Origin: Centroscyllium fabricii
Taxonomy: Eukaryota
NCBI GenBank assembly: GCA_051313645.2
Contig: JBNRSN020000006.1
Span: 55,180,001-55,244,000, forward strand
Length of the DNA stretch: 64,000 nt
Direction of reading: 5' to 3'
The position numbers and the translations under genes are program-made. This document shows positions 1-12,780 of the stretch, one piece after another (the first letter of the stretch is position 1; every line of letters begins with the position of its first letter). A model generated the notes under the pieces. The model saw only the letters and a list, made by a program, of their open reading frames with translations. It ran no database searches and was not told where the DNA came from.

Positions 1-1707
1 TGGCTTGGGGGTAAAAGCTCCTCCTAAGCCTCTCTGTGTTTGTCTTCATGCTGCGGTAGCGTTTTCCTGATCGCAGCAGTGAGAAGAGGCCGTTGTTCGG
101 GTGACACCACGCAAGGAGTTCGGTCACTAGGCCTTCAGTGGCATCGTATGCTGACTATTGTTTCCCCTTTAACTTTTGCCACGTTTGTTAGGGTGCGATC
201 TCCCTGCCTAGGCTGAGAATGAAATAACTCATTCACGTGAAAGGCTCCTGTTTGATGAGAAAAAAAAACTAGTCAAAGACTGACATACTCTCTATTGCAA
301 GCCCCTGCTACACTTCCCAACCTAAAGTTGTAATCACTCCGATTCTTCTCCCACCCCCAGTTCAGACACAACTCATAATATGGTGTAGTGTGTAGGCAGC
401 CACTTTTATATCTCTAGAAAAGTTAGGGTACAAATCTTCCTTGTCTGTGACAACAGCACAGCTAAATCATTTCTTGGGAATATGTAATCATTATTTCCAT
501 GTGCCCAAACAATACAGATACAACAAAGATGTCTGTGCTGCTTTTAAATTGACTTGTGTCGTGTGGGCTCAGTGTGTTCGTGTAGTCAGCAGCTGGAGAT
601 GCTAGATGTGTTTGCCTCAGACTTCACAGTGTGATGGTAAATCTTAACACACATATCACAGCAGCCTCACTTTTCGGTGACGACATTTTCTCCTCAGTGA
701 TACAGTTTGGGCTTTGTGCCTATGTTGATCAACTTTTTCCATAAAGAATGAATGCAGTTAATTTCTTTTGTTTAAAACGCTCTTGAGGCACAGTTTTGGT
801 TCGCTGCCAGTGATGTGAATAGAAAGAAATATGAAAATCAAATCTGTCATTGTCTAAAATACAAAGTTTTTCGAGTGAGAGAAAAGTCTTTTTAATGTGA
901 GGATAATAGACAGTAAAGGCTAGCTGGGACTGTTCTTTGTTAGAGATAGCATTTGCTTTCTGGTACATGCAGCTTATTGATGTTCAGGCTTTTGTATTTC
1001 TATGCTAAATCCAAAGCATATCCTTTTTTTCAATTGCAGTAACAAATATCTGTGTAGGAATTGTGTATGTGGGTGTGACTTTTAGTTTTTGTGATTTGTT
1101 TTTTGGATCGTAAAATCGTGTGGAGTGTGTCTTTTAAAGTGCCTGAGCAGGGAAGGGCAGAAGAGCTAAATACTTGTAACTCTTGGGTAACTTTGGCCTT
1201 CCTAAAACCTTGGATTCGGTTACTGATCATAAATGTCACAAATCTAAGACTTGGTGGAGTGTATACATGTTTGGCTGGATATTCGATTAAACTCCTTTGG
1301 ATACTTGGATAGAAAATGATTATGAAGATTGATGCTGTCGCTAGCGTGAAATTTGAACAGAGGTAGAAATGGATACAAACCTGTTGCAAGAGAGCGGTTT
1401 GCTTATTTGTTTCAATAGTGTGTACCTTGTTACTCAGGTGGGTGGGTGCGGGTCAGGGGATGCATGGACCAGGGGTTTGCGGGACATGGGGTTTGCGAGG
1501 GTAGTGTAGGCGTGTGAGTCGGGGTGCAGAGATTGTGGGGCCAGGGGGTGGGGTAGCGCGGTTTTGTGGTCAGTGCGGTTGCAAGGTGTGCTTACTTCCT
1601 TACTGCAGATGGGATCAAAGAATGTCTACTAATACAGTCCATGTTAAAGAAGGTATACAAATACACTGCAGAAGATGAGGTAGTTGTAGTTTCTCAATTT
1701 TGTGATC

Positions 1708-1969
1708 GAAACATAGAAGATAGGAGCGGGAGTAGGCCATTCGGCCCCTCGAGCCTGCTCTGCCATTCAATGAGATCATGGCTGATCTTTCAATTTCAGT
1801 ACCAATGTCCCTGCCTTCTCCCCCTACCCCTTGACCCCTTTAGCCTTAAGAAATACATCCATCTCTTTCTTGAATATATTTAATGAATTGGCCTCTACTG
1901 CCTTCTGTGGTAGAGAATTCCACAGGTTCACCACTCCCTGGGTGAAGAAATCCTCCTTATCTCTGTCCT
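1708..1969 (-). mobile_element. CR1 LINE 3' end (5'-truncated)
   Basis: Starts with the aaacatagaa tail, followed by the 3' UTR shared with the CR1 copies at 34767 and 50292. Confidence 0.85.
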
Positions 1970-2417
1970 ATGGTGTAGTACTGAGGCTGGCTTCTTTTTC
2001 AGCCATCTGACAAAGTGGATATTTTGCATGCAGTCTCCAGCTGTCTAATCAATGACATCAACGGCACTGCTTTCCCACTCCTGGTTGTTATTTTGTGGTG
2101 TGATCAGATGTAAGATCATTTAAGCTGAGGTTATAGTGACCTCTTAAGGTCACCCAGACCGGAGAGGCTTGTCATAACCATGCTTCTTCCGCTGTATTTT
2201 AAGTCCCAGATTCAAGTTAAAGTCTTGAGGTTGTTGCACACTCAGCCAGTCTATGAGCATTAATCACCCGGTTGTGAATTGTAGTACAGAGCTAATTCCT
2301 TTTCAATTTTCTGTTGAAGTAACTGAAGCAATCGATCCACAAGGCTTATATATTTCTGGCATGCATTCCAGAATATATTGAGTCTAAATACGTAATGTCC
2401 AAAATGCTAATGTCGTA

Positions 2418-3360
2418 ATGACTTGGATGAAGGGACTGAGTGTAATGTAGTCAAATTTGCTGCTGATACAAAGATAGGTGGGAAAGCAAATTGTGTGGAG
2501 GATGCAAAGAATCTCCAAAGGGATATAGATAGGCTAAGTGAGTGGGCAAAAATCAATCTGGCAGATGAAGTTTAATGTGGGAAAATGCGAGGTTACCCAC
2601 TTCGGTAGGAAAAATAAAACAAATTATTTAAATGGGAAGAGGTTACAAAATGCTGAGGTACAGAGGGATCTGGGGGTCCTTGTACATGAATCACAAAGTC
2701 AGCATGCAGGTACAGCAAGTACTTAGGAAGGCAAATGGGATGTTGGCCTTTATTGCAAAGGTAATGGAGTATAAAAGTAGAGAAGTGCTGTTACAGCTGA
2801 ACAGGGTATTGGTGAGACCACACCTGGAGTACTGTGTACAGTTTTGGTCTCCTTATTTAAGGAAGGATATACTTGTATTGGAGGCAGTTCAGAGAAGGTT
2901 CACTAGGTTGATTCCGGAGATGAAGGGGTTGTCTTATGAGGAAAGGTTGAGCAGGTTGGGCCTATACACATTGGAGTTTAGAAGAATGAGAGGTGATCAT
3001 ATTGAAACATATAAGTCTGAAGGGGCTTGACAGGGTAGATGCAGAGAGGATGTTTCCCCTCGTGGGAGACTCTAGAACTAGGGGTATAATTTTAGAATAA
3101 GGGGGCACCCTTTTGAATTGGAAATGAGGAATTTCTTCTCTGAGGGTCGTAAATCTTTGGAATTCTCTTACCCTGAGAGCTGTGGAGGCTGGGTCATTGA
3201 ATATATTTAAGATGGAGATACAGATTTTTGAACGAAAAGGGAGTCGAGGGTTATGGGGAGCAGACAGGGAAGTGGAGTTGAGGCCAAGATCAGATCAACC
3301 ATGATCGTATTGAATGGCGGAGCAGGCTCGGGGGGCCAAAAGACGACCTCCTGCTCCTGG
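2418..3360 (+). mobile_element. CR1 LINE, RT C-terminal part plus 3' UTR, frameshifted
   Basis: Motifs KFAADTK, WQMKFNVGKC, LVRPHLEYCVQFWSP and LEAVQRRFTRLIP. Confidence 0.92.
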
Positions 3361-3989
3361 CTAATCGGATCCAATCATACTGCCAAATGCTGTCATTGCA
3401 TCATCTGAACACACATGCATCCCTTTAATATTTTAGTAGAAATATCATCATAAAAACACCAAGAAAGGAATATGCTCAAAATAAATCTTTAACAGACTAC
3501 CTTAGCAACTTTTTTTTTTAAAGTACCTGTACTATCTTTTCATAAAATTATTTCTGAGACCAAGCTGACATGATAGGCTTGACATTAAAAATGTGCAGAT
3601 ATGTGTTCAGGTCTATTTCTGGATCTTGAAGAATGCAAGGATAATTTCAGACTGCTGAGAATATTGATGGAAGCTCACATATTTTTGAACTTTGGAAATC
3701 TGGACTTGATTTTTGTTTTCTGAGATTGAGGCAAGTAGAGTAATAGTCACAATGCAGTTATGTAAAACATTTACACTACTTTGATGGGGCTGTTATCAGT
3801 TGATGTCACTCGGGGCATAGGGTTCCAAACTGGGGATCCCAGGGGACCACAAGATCATCAGATGTCTGCCCATCTCATTTGGATTTCTGTATTTTTCTGT
3901 ATTTGTTGAAGTTAGTAGCATTTCTGTTACTGTCTATTTACTAATGAGGAGGAAAGCAAATATGCGATGGTGAAGGAAAGAGAAAGAAA

Positions 3990-4205
3990 GCCGTACATTT
4001 ATATAGCACCTTTCACGATCTAAGGATGTCTGAAAGCACCGTACATCCAGTGACGTACTTTTGAAATGTAATCACTGTTGGAATGTAGGAAACGTGGCAG
4101 CCAATTTGTGCACAGCAAGCTCCCACAAACGGCAATGTAACAATGACCAGATAATCAATCTCTCCCTTTGTGATGTTGATTTGAGGGATAAATGTTGGTC
4201 AGGTA
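3990..4205 (-). mobile_element. Deu-type SINE 3' fragment
   Basis: catttatatagcacctttcacg...gtgcacagcaagctcccac is shared with the fuller copy at 12350-12780. Confidence 0.65.
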
Positions 4206-6014
4206 CAGTTTTGGGGAGCTGAACTTTGGAAGTTAGAGCAGAGCCTGAGAGCTGCACGGGCTTCCCCAGACAACCGTTAGAAAGCTACTGCTCAACAGAA
4301 ATGTTCTTGGGACATTTTCTGTTTCATAAAAAAGCATGAAGTATACTATGAATCAAGGGTTTCCATTGATGTAAATTTCTCCGAAGCTTTCAAATTTATT
4401 TGGTTCAGAATTTGTTTTTAAATCTACACAGCGTTTGTTTGGATCTAATGTTGAGTAAATCATTCTATTCAGTTGATTTATAAAAAAAAGAAAAGTTCCA
4501 ACTGACTGGAGAGGGTCCGGGTAACCAAAATCACCCTCCAAACATTAAAGCCCGAGCTACAGGCCTTTGATATCCTGGTGTGCACAATGACTGACAATAA
4601 CTCAAATGCACCTCCAGCCATGTTGTCTTGGAGTTGGGCGTTGATGAACTAGGCCTGCAAATTGCTACTAGGGTGGTCTGCTGAATTTGTATTGTGGGAG
4701 TAAATTCTTTAGTTGGAACACTAAGCATACACCGATTGAATTCCTGAGCCACCTCTGGTGGAGTTCACAGTCAGCTGTAAACAGTCTGTTTCAAATCCTT
4801 GTTGAACAGGTAGAAAAGCAGTAATTATAGGCATTTATGATCCTGGATTACAACAGTCTTTTCTGCCAATTTATCTCCCTTCCCTCTCTTTGAAGGCATT
4901 AACCCCTTGCTGGGATATGGTGCCAGGGGCTCTTCCGCAGCTTGCCCTAGTGGTCCCGCTTCATGTGTGAACCTAGAAAGTGAGGCTCAGCAGCCTAATA
5001 TTTCTCTCTATTGATGCCCATGCATGTACTTTTCAGCAGAGGCTGTCAGATGAGCAATGGGATTCCTGGCCAGTTTTATTTTCCTCCTTCGCCCAGGGTT
5101 CTGGGTTTAGTTGCAGAGCTCCAGCTGCTAATGTGATGGTGGCGATCGAGACTGGGATTTGAATCTTGTGCTCTGTATGATTTTAGTGCGGCACCAGGCA
5201 GTGCCTTTGTTCATTCGGCCATTGGAGGAGCTCTACCTGGCCTTCTGGTTGCTGGAAAGGGTGTCGGAACAGAATCATTGGCATAGACTTAATTGGGATC
5301 TTGCCATGTGAACAGTCTCGGCCATGCATCAGGGAGAAGACATTGAATGCAGGGAGGGAAAATACACTCTGGGTTACTCGTAATAGCTGGAGTTTTGTGA
5401 ATAGGTCAACTCTCCACCCTCAACTGGAGGATCATGATCGATGCAGAAGTCATCCAGTAACCATAGATTTAACTTCCAGTAATGGAATGAAATGGGGAAG
5501 TAGTAAAAATATACATTCTAAAATGCTGATTCACTAGTTTAGGTCATACTTGGGTCACACAATTGAGGGATGCTACAATATAGCCAGTGTTTGTCACTTA
5601 GTTTTGTTGTAGCCTGACTGAAGTGCGGATTGAGTTCTGCAGGTAAGTAAACCCCACCTGCACAGGTAGATCAACACAGCCATCTCTTATGAGCTCCATG
5701 CTGGTTGTAGTAGAGTCTGGAGATTACAGAGAGCTAGCTCTAGCCACTTTAGCATCTTGTGGTTGGCTGGTAATACAGATAGTGAAGGAGAGAGGTCAGC
5801 TGTATCCTGTCCCCTCCTTCACTTTCCTTCCCCTTGTGTTAATAGTGACACTGATGCCGCCTGATCCGTATTGCCTCAGTACCTTTATGATTATTAATAT
5901 AAATGGGCACCTTTCCCCCCTTTTTTTAAGATTGGAAACTGCTTGCGGGAGGTTATTGGTAGCTTACTGTTTGTCAGTGAAACATGCTTTTCAGAAAAAT
6001 AGAGGGTCACACTC

Positions 6015-6512
6015 TGGAATTCCCTCCCTAAATATTCTACCTCTCGGCCGCCTTTACCTCCTTTAAGACCCTCCTTAAAACCTACCTCTTGAACCAAACT
6101 TTCAATCACCCCTCCGAATCTCTTTTTCCTGGCTCGGTGTCCATTTTGTCTGTTTATGCCTCTAAGTGCTGTGAACATTTTTCAACGACAATGACAGCAA
6201 CTCGCATTTTTATAGCACCTTGTAACCATGGGTGGCCGTGCCTTCAGCTGCCAAGGCGCCAAGCTCCGGAATTCCCTCCCTAAACCTCTCTGCCTCTCTC
6301 TCCTCCTTTAAGACACACCATAAAACGTCCCAAGGCGCTTCACAGTGGCGTTCTCAAAATAAAATTTGACACCGAGCCACATGAGATACTAGGTCAGGCG
6401 AGCAAAAGCTTGGTCAAAGAGGTAGGTTTTAAGGAGCAGAGCGAGGCCGAGAGGGTAGGGAGGAAAATCCGGAGCTGGAGTCTAGGCAGCTGAAGACATG
6501 GCCACCAATGAT
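6015..6512. mobile_element. Cluster of L2 LINE 3' fragments in both orientations
   Basis: ctggaattccctccctaaa and ctccttaaaacctacctctttgacc on + strand, with the reverse complement (ggtcaaagaggtaggttttaaggag) at about 6410-6436. Confidence 0.65.
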
Positions 6513-7621
6513 TAAAGGTGCTCAGCAAATGCAAGTTGTTGTTGATGGACAACGGGACTCAGTTATTTTATGTTTTGCAGGTCTGTGTCTATTTGGAAAA
6601 TCACCAAACCCCATCTTAAGTATATTTGACACCTTGAATAGTATTGAGTTTATTTGAAATAGGTTTCTCAATTAAAAAAAATAACAGGTGAAGGGCCAAG
6701 GTCCATAGTGCATGACAGCGCATCAATGTTGAAAAGAATTGCATGGTATTTATAGCATAGGAACAGGCCATTCGGTCTACTGGTCTACACGAGCCTCCTC
6801 CCACCCTAATTCATCTAACCCTATTTGTATATATCTGAGTACAGAAGAAGACGAGATAAATCGGGAAGTAGTGATTAGTTGATAAACTTTAAGTATGGTT
6901 TTGGACTCTGAAATGTGTTGTGAAACTGCAGGTTAGTGCTGTGTAAATGGTCAAGACTTCTAATGGCAACTTGAGTTGAGTTTCAGTTTGCAATTGCACA
7001 GCAGTTCTGCGGGGAAGTGAAACAGACAGAGACTAGGATATCTGAGCACTTAATGGCTTAAATCTGCGTATGCTCATAACAACATGCCTTTAATTTGACT
7101 ATGATCCAAGCTCAAGAAGTAAATTGGGTGATTTAAGAGTGCTGCTGCGTAGTCCGCGTGCAACGTAGAGTGAATGTGTCTGTGAATTCATTTTTAGTCA
7201 TGTTTTTCAGTCAAATCTGTAAACCCGTTCGATCAATTAATTTAATCAGTTGCCAAGTAGAGTTGTCCAGGTTCAAAGTAATTGAGGGTGCAGCATGTTT
7301 TGAGTGAATTTAGTAGGTCGCTCTGCAGTTCTCATTCTGAAATTTTCATACACGCACAGTTGTTTAGTCGTCGAGACAAATTTATGCTTTGTGCAGAATT
7401 TTCTTTGAAATGCAGTGTGTCCAAAGTTTATAGGCCTAGAAATTGGAGGGTTTAACGCCCGTTAAGGCTGGTTTTGTTGAAAAATATGGCGGCTGCTCGT
7501 TTCCGCTGGGTCCCGCGGCGTCTGCCATTTTTGCCATGTTGGTAGCACTGCCGTTGCCTGCGCTCGCCGCAAGTATTGTAATTAGCAGGAGTGTGACGTC
7601 AATCGGTGTGCAAAGCCAAAT

Positions 7622-8012
7622 GGACGCACGGTGGCACAGCGGTTAGCACTGTTGTCTCACAGCACTGGAGACCCGGGTTCAAATCCAGCCTTGGGTACTA
7701 TCTGTGTGGAGTTTGCACATTCTCCCCGTGTCTGCGTGGGTTTCCTCCGGGTGCTCCGGTTTCCTCCCACAGTCCAAAGATGTGCGGGTTAGGTTGATTG
7801 GCCAGGATAAATTGACCCTTAGTGTTAGGGGGGTTAAATATGTGGGGTTACGGGGATAGGGTGGGATATATGTTGATGGAGGCTCGATAGGAATATGGGG
7901 AGAGGGCAGAGGCGGGGTACTGTGTTTGGATGATCAGCCATGATCTCATTGAATGGCGGAGCAGGCTCGAAGGGTCGAATGGCCTACTCCTGCTCCTAGT
8001 TTCTATGTTTCT
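7622..8012 (+). mobile_element. tRNA-derived V-SINE (HE1-like) with CR1-derived tail
   Basis: A box tggcacagcgg and B box ggttcaaatcc. V domain tgtgtggagtttgcacattctccccgtgtctgcgtgggtttcctccggg. Tail matches the CR1 3' UTR and ends ttctatgtttct. Confidence 0.92.
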
Positions 8013-8179
8013 CATCCATTTTGGACCTCGCTGCTCCTCTTGCCGCTCTCCAAAGCACGCCCGTGCGTGCAGCCGTTGACCGTGCGTAGAGCCGGGAGAA
8101 AGCGGCTGAGATAACTAGTAACTATGGAGAGTTCAGACTATGTAATTGGAGTGAAAACTTCTTCTAATAAGATGCACAC

Positions 8180-8740
8180 CTGGTCAGTCAAACATTACAG
8201 GAGGTCAATAATTGTACTTCCTAAGGAAGCTGAAGAAAGCCAGGCTGTCATCCGGCATCCTCTCCAACTTCTACTGCTGCACAATAGAAAGCATACTGAC
8301 AAGCTGCATCACTGTCTGGTATGGAAATTGCACTATCTCGGACCGGAAAACCCTGCAGCGGGTAGTCAAAACTGCCCAACGAATTACCGTACACAGCTAC
8401 CGTCAATGGAAAGCATCTACCTCAAACGCTGCTTACGGAGGTCTATGAACATTATTAAAGACCCCACATACCCCAGCCACAGTCTGTTCGCCCCCCTGCC
8501 CTCCGGGAGACGCTACAGAGCAATTTGCACCCGCACGACTAGATTTCAGAACAGCTTCTTCCCCAGGGCTGTCAGACTCCTGAACTCTAAAAAGAAACTC
8601 CGGTACCTGCACGCCTGATAATGTACTTTACTGTATGCAATTTGCATGTAATTTATTTGCACTACTCTCGGGAGAGTCGAGTCTTCGTCTCGTTGTATTG
8701 TACTAGTACTCTGCAATGACAATAAAACTTGAATTGAATT
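8180..8740 (+). mobile_element. Rex1/Babar-like LINE 3' fragment
   Basis: LYFLRKLKKARL...FYCCTIESILTSCITVWYG...HPSH-like YPSHSLFAPLPSGRRY...RFQNSFFPRAVRLLN, split over two frames. Ends aataaaacttgaattgaatt. Confidence 0.85.
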
Positions 8741-9098
8741 AAAATAAACTATATTGTACTACAGTTGTAATAATATCTGGAAAAAATCAAAGCCTTAAAT
8801 TCCTTAAATTTTATAAATTGGATTTTCTAGTTTAGGAACTGATTAAAAAATAATACCCAATGTTTGGAAGTCTGTTTTTAGAAGGCTTAACACCGTATTC
8901 TCAGAGTTCTTCAAAAGTTGTCTGCTGTTATAAATTTAATTGAACTCTTCTGCACGATTTACACCAGTAATCTCCTGACCAAGAGGTTTAGGTTACCCTT
9001 TTAAAAAAATGTATTTCAATTGATTTCTCATGCAATGGTTTAAGGACATCTATGCCACCGTCTTTGTGGTGTTTCCAGCCACAGTCCCTTCAGATCTA

Positions 9099-9302
9099 TG
9101 ACGTGGAGGGGCCGGTGTTGGACTGGGGTGGACAATTGTAAGAAGTCACACAACACCAGGCTATAGTCCAACAGTTTTATTTGAAATTGCAAGCTTTCGG
9201 CGCGTAGCTTACACCTGATGAAGGAGCAACGCTCCGAAAGCTTGTGATTTCAAATAAAACTGTTGGACTATAACCTGGTGTTGTGTGACTTCTTACAATT
9301 GT
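9099..9302. mobile_element. Penelope-derived fold-back insert, copy 1
   Basis: Inverted arms of about 70 bp around a hammerhead core. 12-bp TSD ccttcagatcta at 9087-9098 and 9303-9314. Confidence 0.85.
9212..9246 (+). ncRNA. Minimal type I hammerhead ribozyme motif
   Basis: CAC-CUGAUGA-A-GGAGC(AAC)GCUCC-GAAAGCUU-GUG. Core intact, stem I only 3 bp. Confidence 0.7.
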
Positions 9303-10174
9303 CCTTCAGATCTAAGCCTGTGCTTTAAGACCCACTCGCCAGGGTGTGAATCTCCGATGCGATATGCAGGCTAGTGCACTGTCTCTGTGAGCTGCAAGAT
9401 GGTGCATCCCCCTCCCCTTCCAACACCATGGTGGAGCACAAACCTCTACACAGTAACCATCTGGGTGAAACATCTGTGGACCTATGGCAGCCAGCGAATG
9501 TGGGAGTACCAGGCAGGCAGCCGTTAACCTCGGCCTGCGGTGGCACCGGCCGTATTCCGGCCTAATCGAATTTCTAGGCCATAGTCCCCTCGCTCTCTCT
9601 GTCTTTCTCTTTCCTGAAGTATTAACAAGCGAGAACAAATCAAAATAATCATTTCCATAAATCTAGGATTGATCACCTGTTGTTTCTATAGGTCAACATG
9701 AATAGAAGTGTAAAAATATATGCAAGATTAAATACAATATACTGTGGGATATATGTTAGTAAATATTTTACAGCTGAATTATGCTTTAGTGTTCTTGCAA
9801 CCACACATTTATTTAAATTCTATAAATGAGTAACGTATATTAGTGTGTTCCTACTCTGGCTACGAGTGAATCTGTGTTATAAAAGGACGATGATTCCCTT
9901 TTAAGTGAATTACAAGCTGGTAATCCAGTCGGGAGTTAGATGAGGCCGTAACACTGACCTCGTGAGATTGGATTATTGCTCCAAGTAAGTCTACAGGTAT
10001 TTTATCTGTGAATTTACATTTCAAATAGTTTTATCAATTTGTTTGATAGTGAGGCTTTCTGTTTGCATTTTTAGACCGGCACTATTTCACAGGGTAAAGT
10101 TTATTTCTAGCTGGGTTTTGGCAATATTTATGCTCACAGGCCTCAATTACGTGTGTTTCCTGATTAAAAGAAAT

Positions 10175-10620
10175 GACTGTCCGCTTGGCTCAATGGTACG
10201 GTACCGCTCTTGCCTTTTGAATCAGGCGGTTGTGGGTTCAGTTCTCATTCTGTGACATGAGACACTTCTGTGCAGTGCTGCCGGAGGTGGATGAGACCTT
10301 AAACCGAGGAACTGTCTGTTCGGGCAGCACTCTTGGTTTGAAGAGCAGGGAGTTCTTGTACCCTGGCCAATGTTCCTCTCTGTCAACACCACCAGCACAG
10401 ATTAATTGGCCATTTCTTGCTGTGAGGAAGTTGGCTGCCTACAAAACAACAATGACTACACTTGAAAAGTAATAATACGCCCTCCTTTAGCGCGGCATGT
10501 CATCCATTTTTGTCTGATTACTGTGAAGAGCCGTGAGACATTTTTCTACATTGACGGTAAATGCAAATTGTTGTTACCGGCTGTGAAGTACTTTGGAATG
10601 CCCCCGAGAACATGAAAGAC
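10175..10620 (+). mobile_element. Degenerate Deu-type tRNA SINE with an L2-like tail piece
   Basis: ttggctcaatgg / gggttcagttc boxes, and gtggatgagaccttaaaccgagg resembling the Deu core at 12600-12670. Confidence 0.55.
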
Positions 10621-10877
10621 ACCATATATATGCTAGTTCATTCTTTCATTGATATAGCCTTCATATGTGTGGGGGAGGGGGAGAATGTCAAGTCACTTTC
10701 AACACGTTTCTAAAGCAAATCCATGGTTACATTCCAAGAGACCCATGCCAAATTGACATTTGCCCCTCTCCTTTAAGAAGGGATAATCCACATAGTATGT
10801 CAAAAAATGAGAAAAAGACCAGATGGGCATATGGGCAGGGCGAGGACAGTTACCCAAATCGGAGTTCCACACACGTG

Positions 10878-11250
10878 CAACAACAACAACTTGTATTTAT
10901 AGAGCTCCTTTAGCATAGTAAAACGTCCCAAGGGCACTTCACAGGAGCGTTGTCAAACAAACTTTCACACCGAGCCACATTAGGGCAGATGACCAAAAGC
11001 ATGGTCAAAGAGGTAGGTTTTAAGGAGCATCTTCGAGGAGGATAGAGAGGCGGAGAGGTTTCGGACCCAGGCAGCTGAAGACACGGCCACCAATGGTGGA
11101 GCGATTTAAAATCGGGGATGCTCGAGGTCCGACTTGGAGGAGCGCAGATATCTCGTAGGGTTGTAGGGCTGGGAGAGATGGGGAGGGGCAAGGTCATGGA
11201 GGGATTTGCAAACGAGGATGAGCATTTTTAAATCGAGGCATTGCTTATCC
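10878..11250 (-). mobile_element. L2 LINE 3' end
   Basis: (caa)n cttgtatttatag tail and ggtcaaagaggtaggttttaaggag. Similar to the copies at 17195 and 39984. Confidence 0.75.
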
Positions 11251-11904
11251 GGGGGCATGTTTTATTTCTTATGCTACAAGTGAGTCGACGGCACAAATTC
11301 AGCTTAACGGTTATGATGTGGTAGCCATTCCAGAAACCTGGATACAAGCAGTCCAGGATTGGGAGCTAAATAATTCCAGGCTATAGGTTCTTTAGAAAGC
11401 GTAGCGAAATTGGAAAAGGAGAGGGTGCAGTACTATTGATCAGACACAATCACAGCAGCAGAAAGAAGGGATTTCAATAAGAGTGATCAGGCAGTGAAAA
11501 CACTGAATAGAATTAAGGAACAGCAAAGGATGCAAGATTCTGGTGGGTATACAGACTACCTGATAATGATGTAGCGAGTGCGGGGGGAGTGTCTAAATAC
11601 GGAGATCAGCGAAGCATGCAGCAAAAGCAATGTGGTTAAAATGGGAGATTTTAATGTTTACATAGACTGGGAGAAACAGAACAGCTGGAGTAGTAAATGC
11701 AATGTATTCGGGATAGTTCTCTAGAACAAGATGTTTTAGGACCAGCCATACTAGATTTAGTGATGAACCAGAATTGTCTGGCAATAAGGGAACAATTTGG
11801 GAATAATGACCATAATATGATTGAATTTGGTATTAAGTTTGCGGGACAAGGGAGAGTCACAGACCAAGGTTTTAAAAGGCAAGCTTTGAAGAGCTGGGAA
11901 ATGA

Positions 11905-12100
11905 ATGTAGTTGAGGTCAAGTCATTAAATATATTCAAGGAGTTAGATATATTTCTTGGAGCTAAAGGTATCAAGGGACACGGGGAGAAGGCAGGGGTGG
12001 GGTACTGAGTTTGGATGATCAGCCATGATCTCATCGAATGGTGGAGCAGGCTCGAGGGGCCAAATGGCCTACTCCTGCTCCTATCTTCTATGTTTCTATG
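11905..12100 (+). mobile_element. Young CR1 3' UTR fragment nested in the older CR1
   Basis: High similarity to the 3' UTR at 34767-34960 (reverse). Ends ttctatgtttctatg. Confidence 0.8.
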
Positions 12101-12349
12101 AATTGACCACCGCAAACTAGGCTGAACTGTTAATGGGGTAAACCTACAGACAAATAGTAAGTATTCAAAGAAGTCTTCGGTACAATATAAAACCAGTACA
12201 TACCTCTAAATGGCAAAAGCTCCACTTATGTAGTTATGCAACCATAGTCAACAAATAAGGGTAAGAGAGTGTCAAACTAAAGGAAAAGGTTGACACAAAT
12301 AAAAGGAAATCAGCAGACTGGGACTGCTATAAAAAGCAACAAAGGAAAG

Positions 12350-12780
12350 GGCTTGCATTTATACAACGCCTCTCTCGATTTCAGGATGTCCCAAACACTT
12401 TACAGCCATTGAAGTACTTTGAAGTGTAGTTACTGTTGTAATCTAGGGAAAACGTGGCATCCATTTTGTGCACAGCAAGCTCCCAGAAAGAGCAGAGAGA
12501 TGCATGGTCAGATGATCTGTTTTGATGTTTGTTGAGGTATTTGTTAAAGGACATCAGGAGAAGACGACGACTCCTTCGAATGGCGCCATGTGATCTTTTA
12601 CGCCCACCCGAGGGGGCAGACTGGGTGTCGGTTTAACATCTCATCCGAAAGACAGCAGCTCCTACGGTGCAGCACTGAGGGGTCAGCCTGGATTGTGTTC
12701 AAATCTCTGAAGCGGGACTTTGAACCCATGACCTTCTGACTCCAATCAAGAGTGCTATTACTGAGCCGAGGCTGACACGT
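12350..12780 (-). mobile_element. Full-length Deu-domain tRNA SINE (SacSINE1-like)
   Basis: Minus strand has a tRNA-like head (cggctcagtaat, gggttcaaagtcc), the Deu core gtctttcggatgagatgttaaaccga, and the tail taaatgcaag. Confidence 0.75.

Larger units (their letters stand above)
7433..9580. mobile_element. Non-autonomous TIR DNA element (PIF/Harbinger-group-like) with nested insertions
   Basis: Perfect 12-bp TIR GGCCTAGAAATT (7433-7444) / AATTTCTAGGCC (9569-9580), with ATA on both flanks. GC-rich ends and AT-rich middle. Confidence 0.75.

Noticed and set aside
7622-7695. tRNA-like A and B boxes
   Set aside because: This is the head of a V-SINE that continues into the V domain and is present in four copies. 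It is not a tRNA gene.
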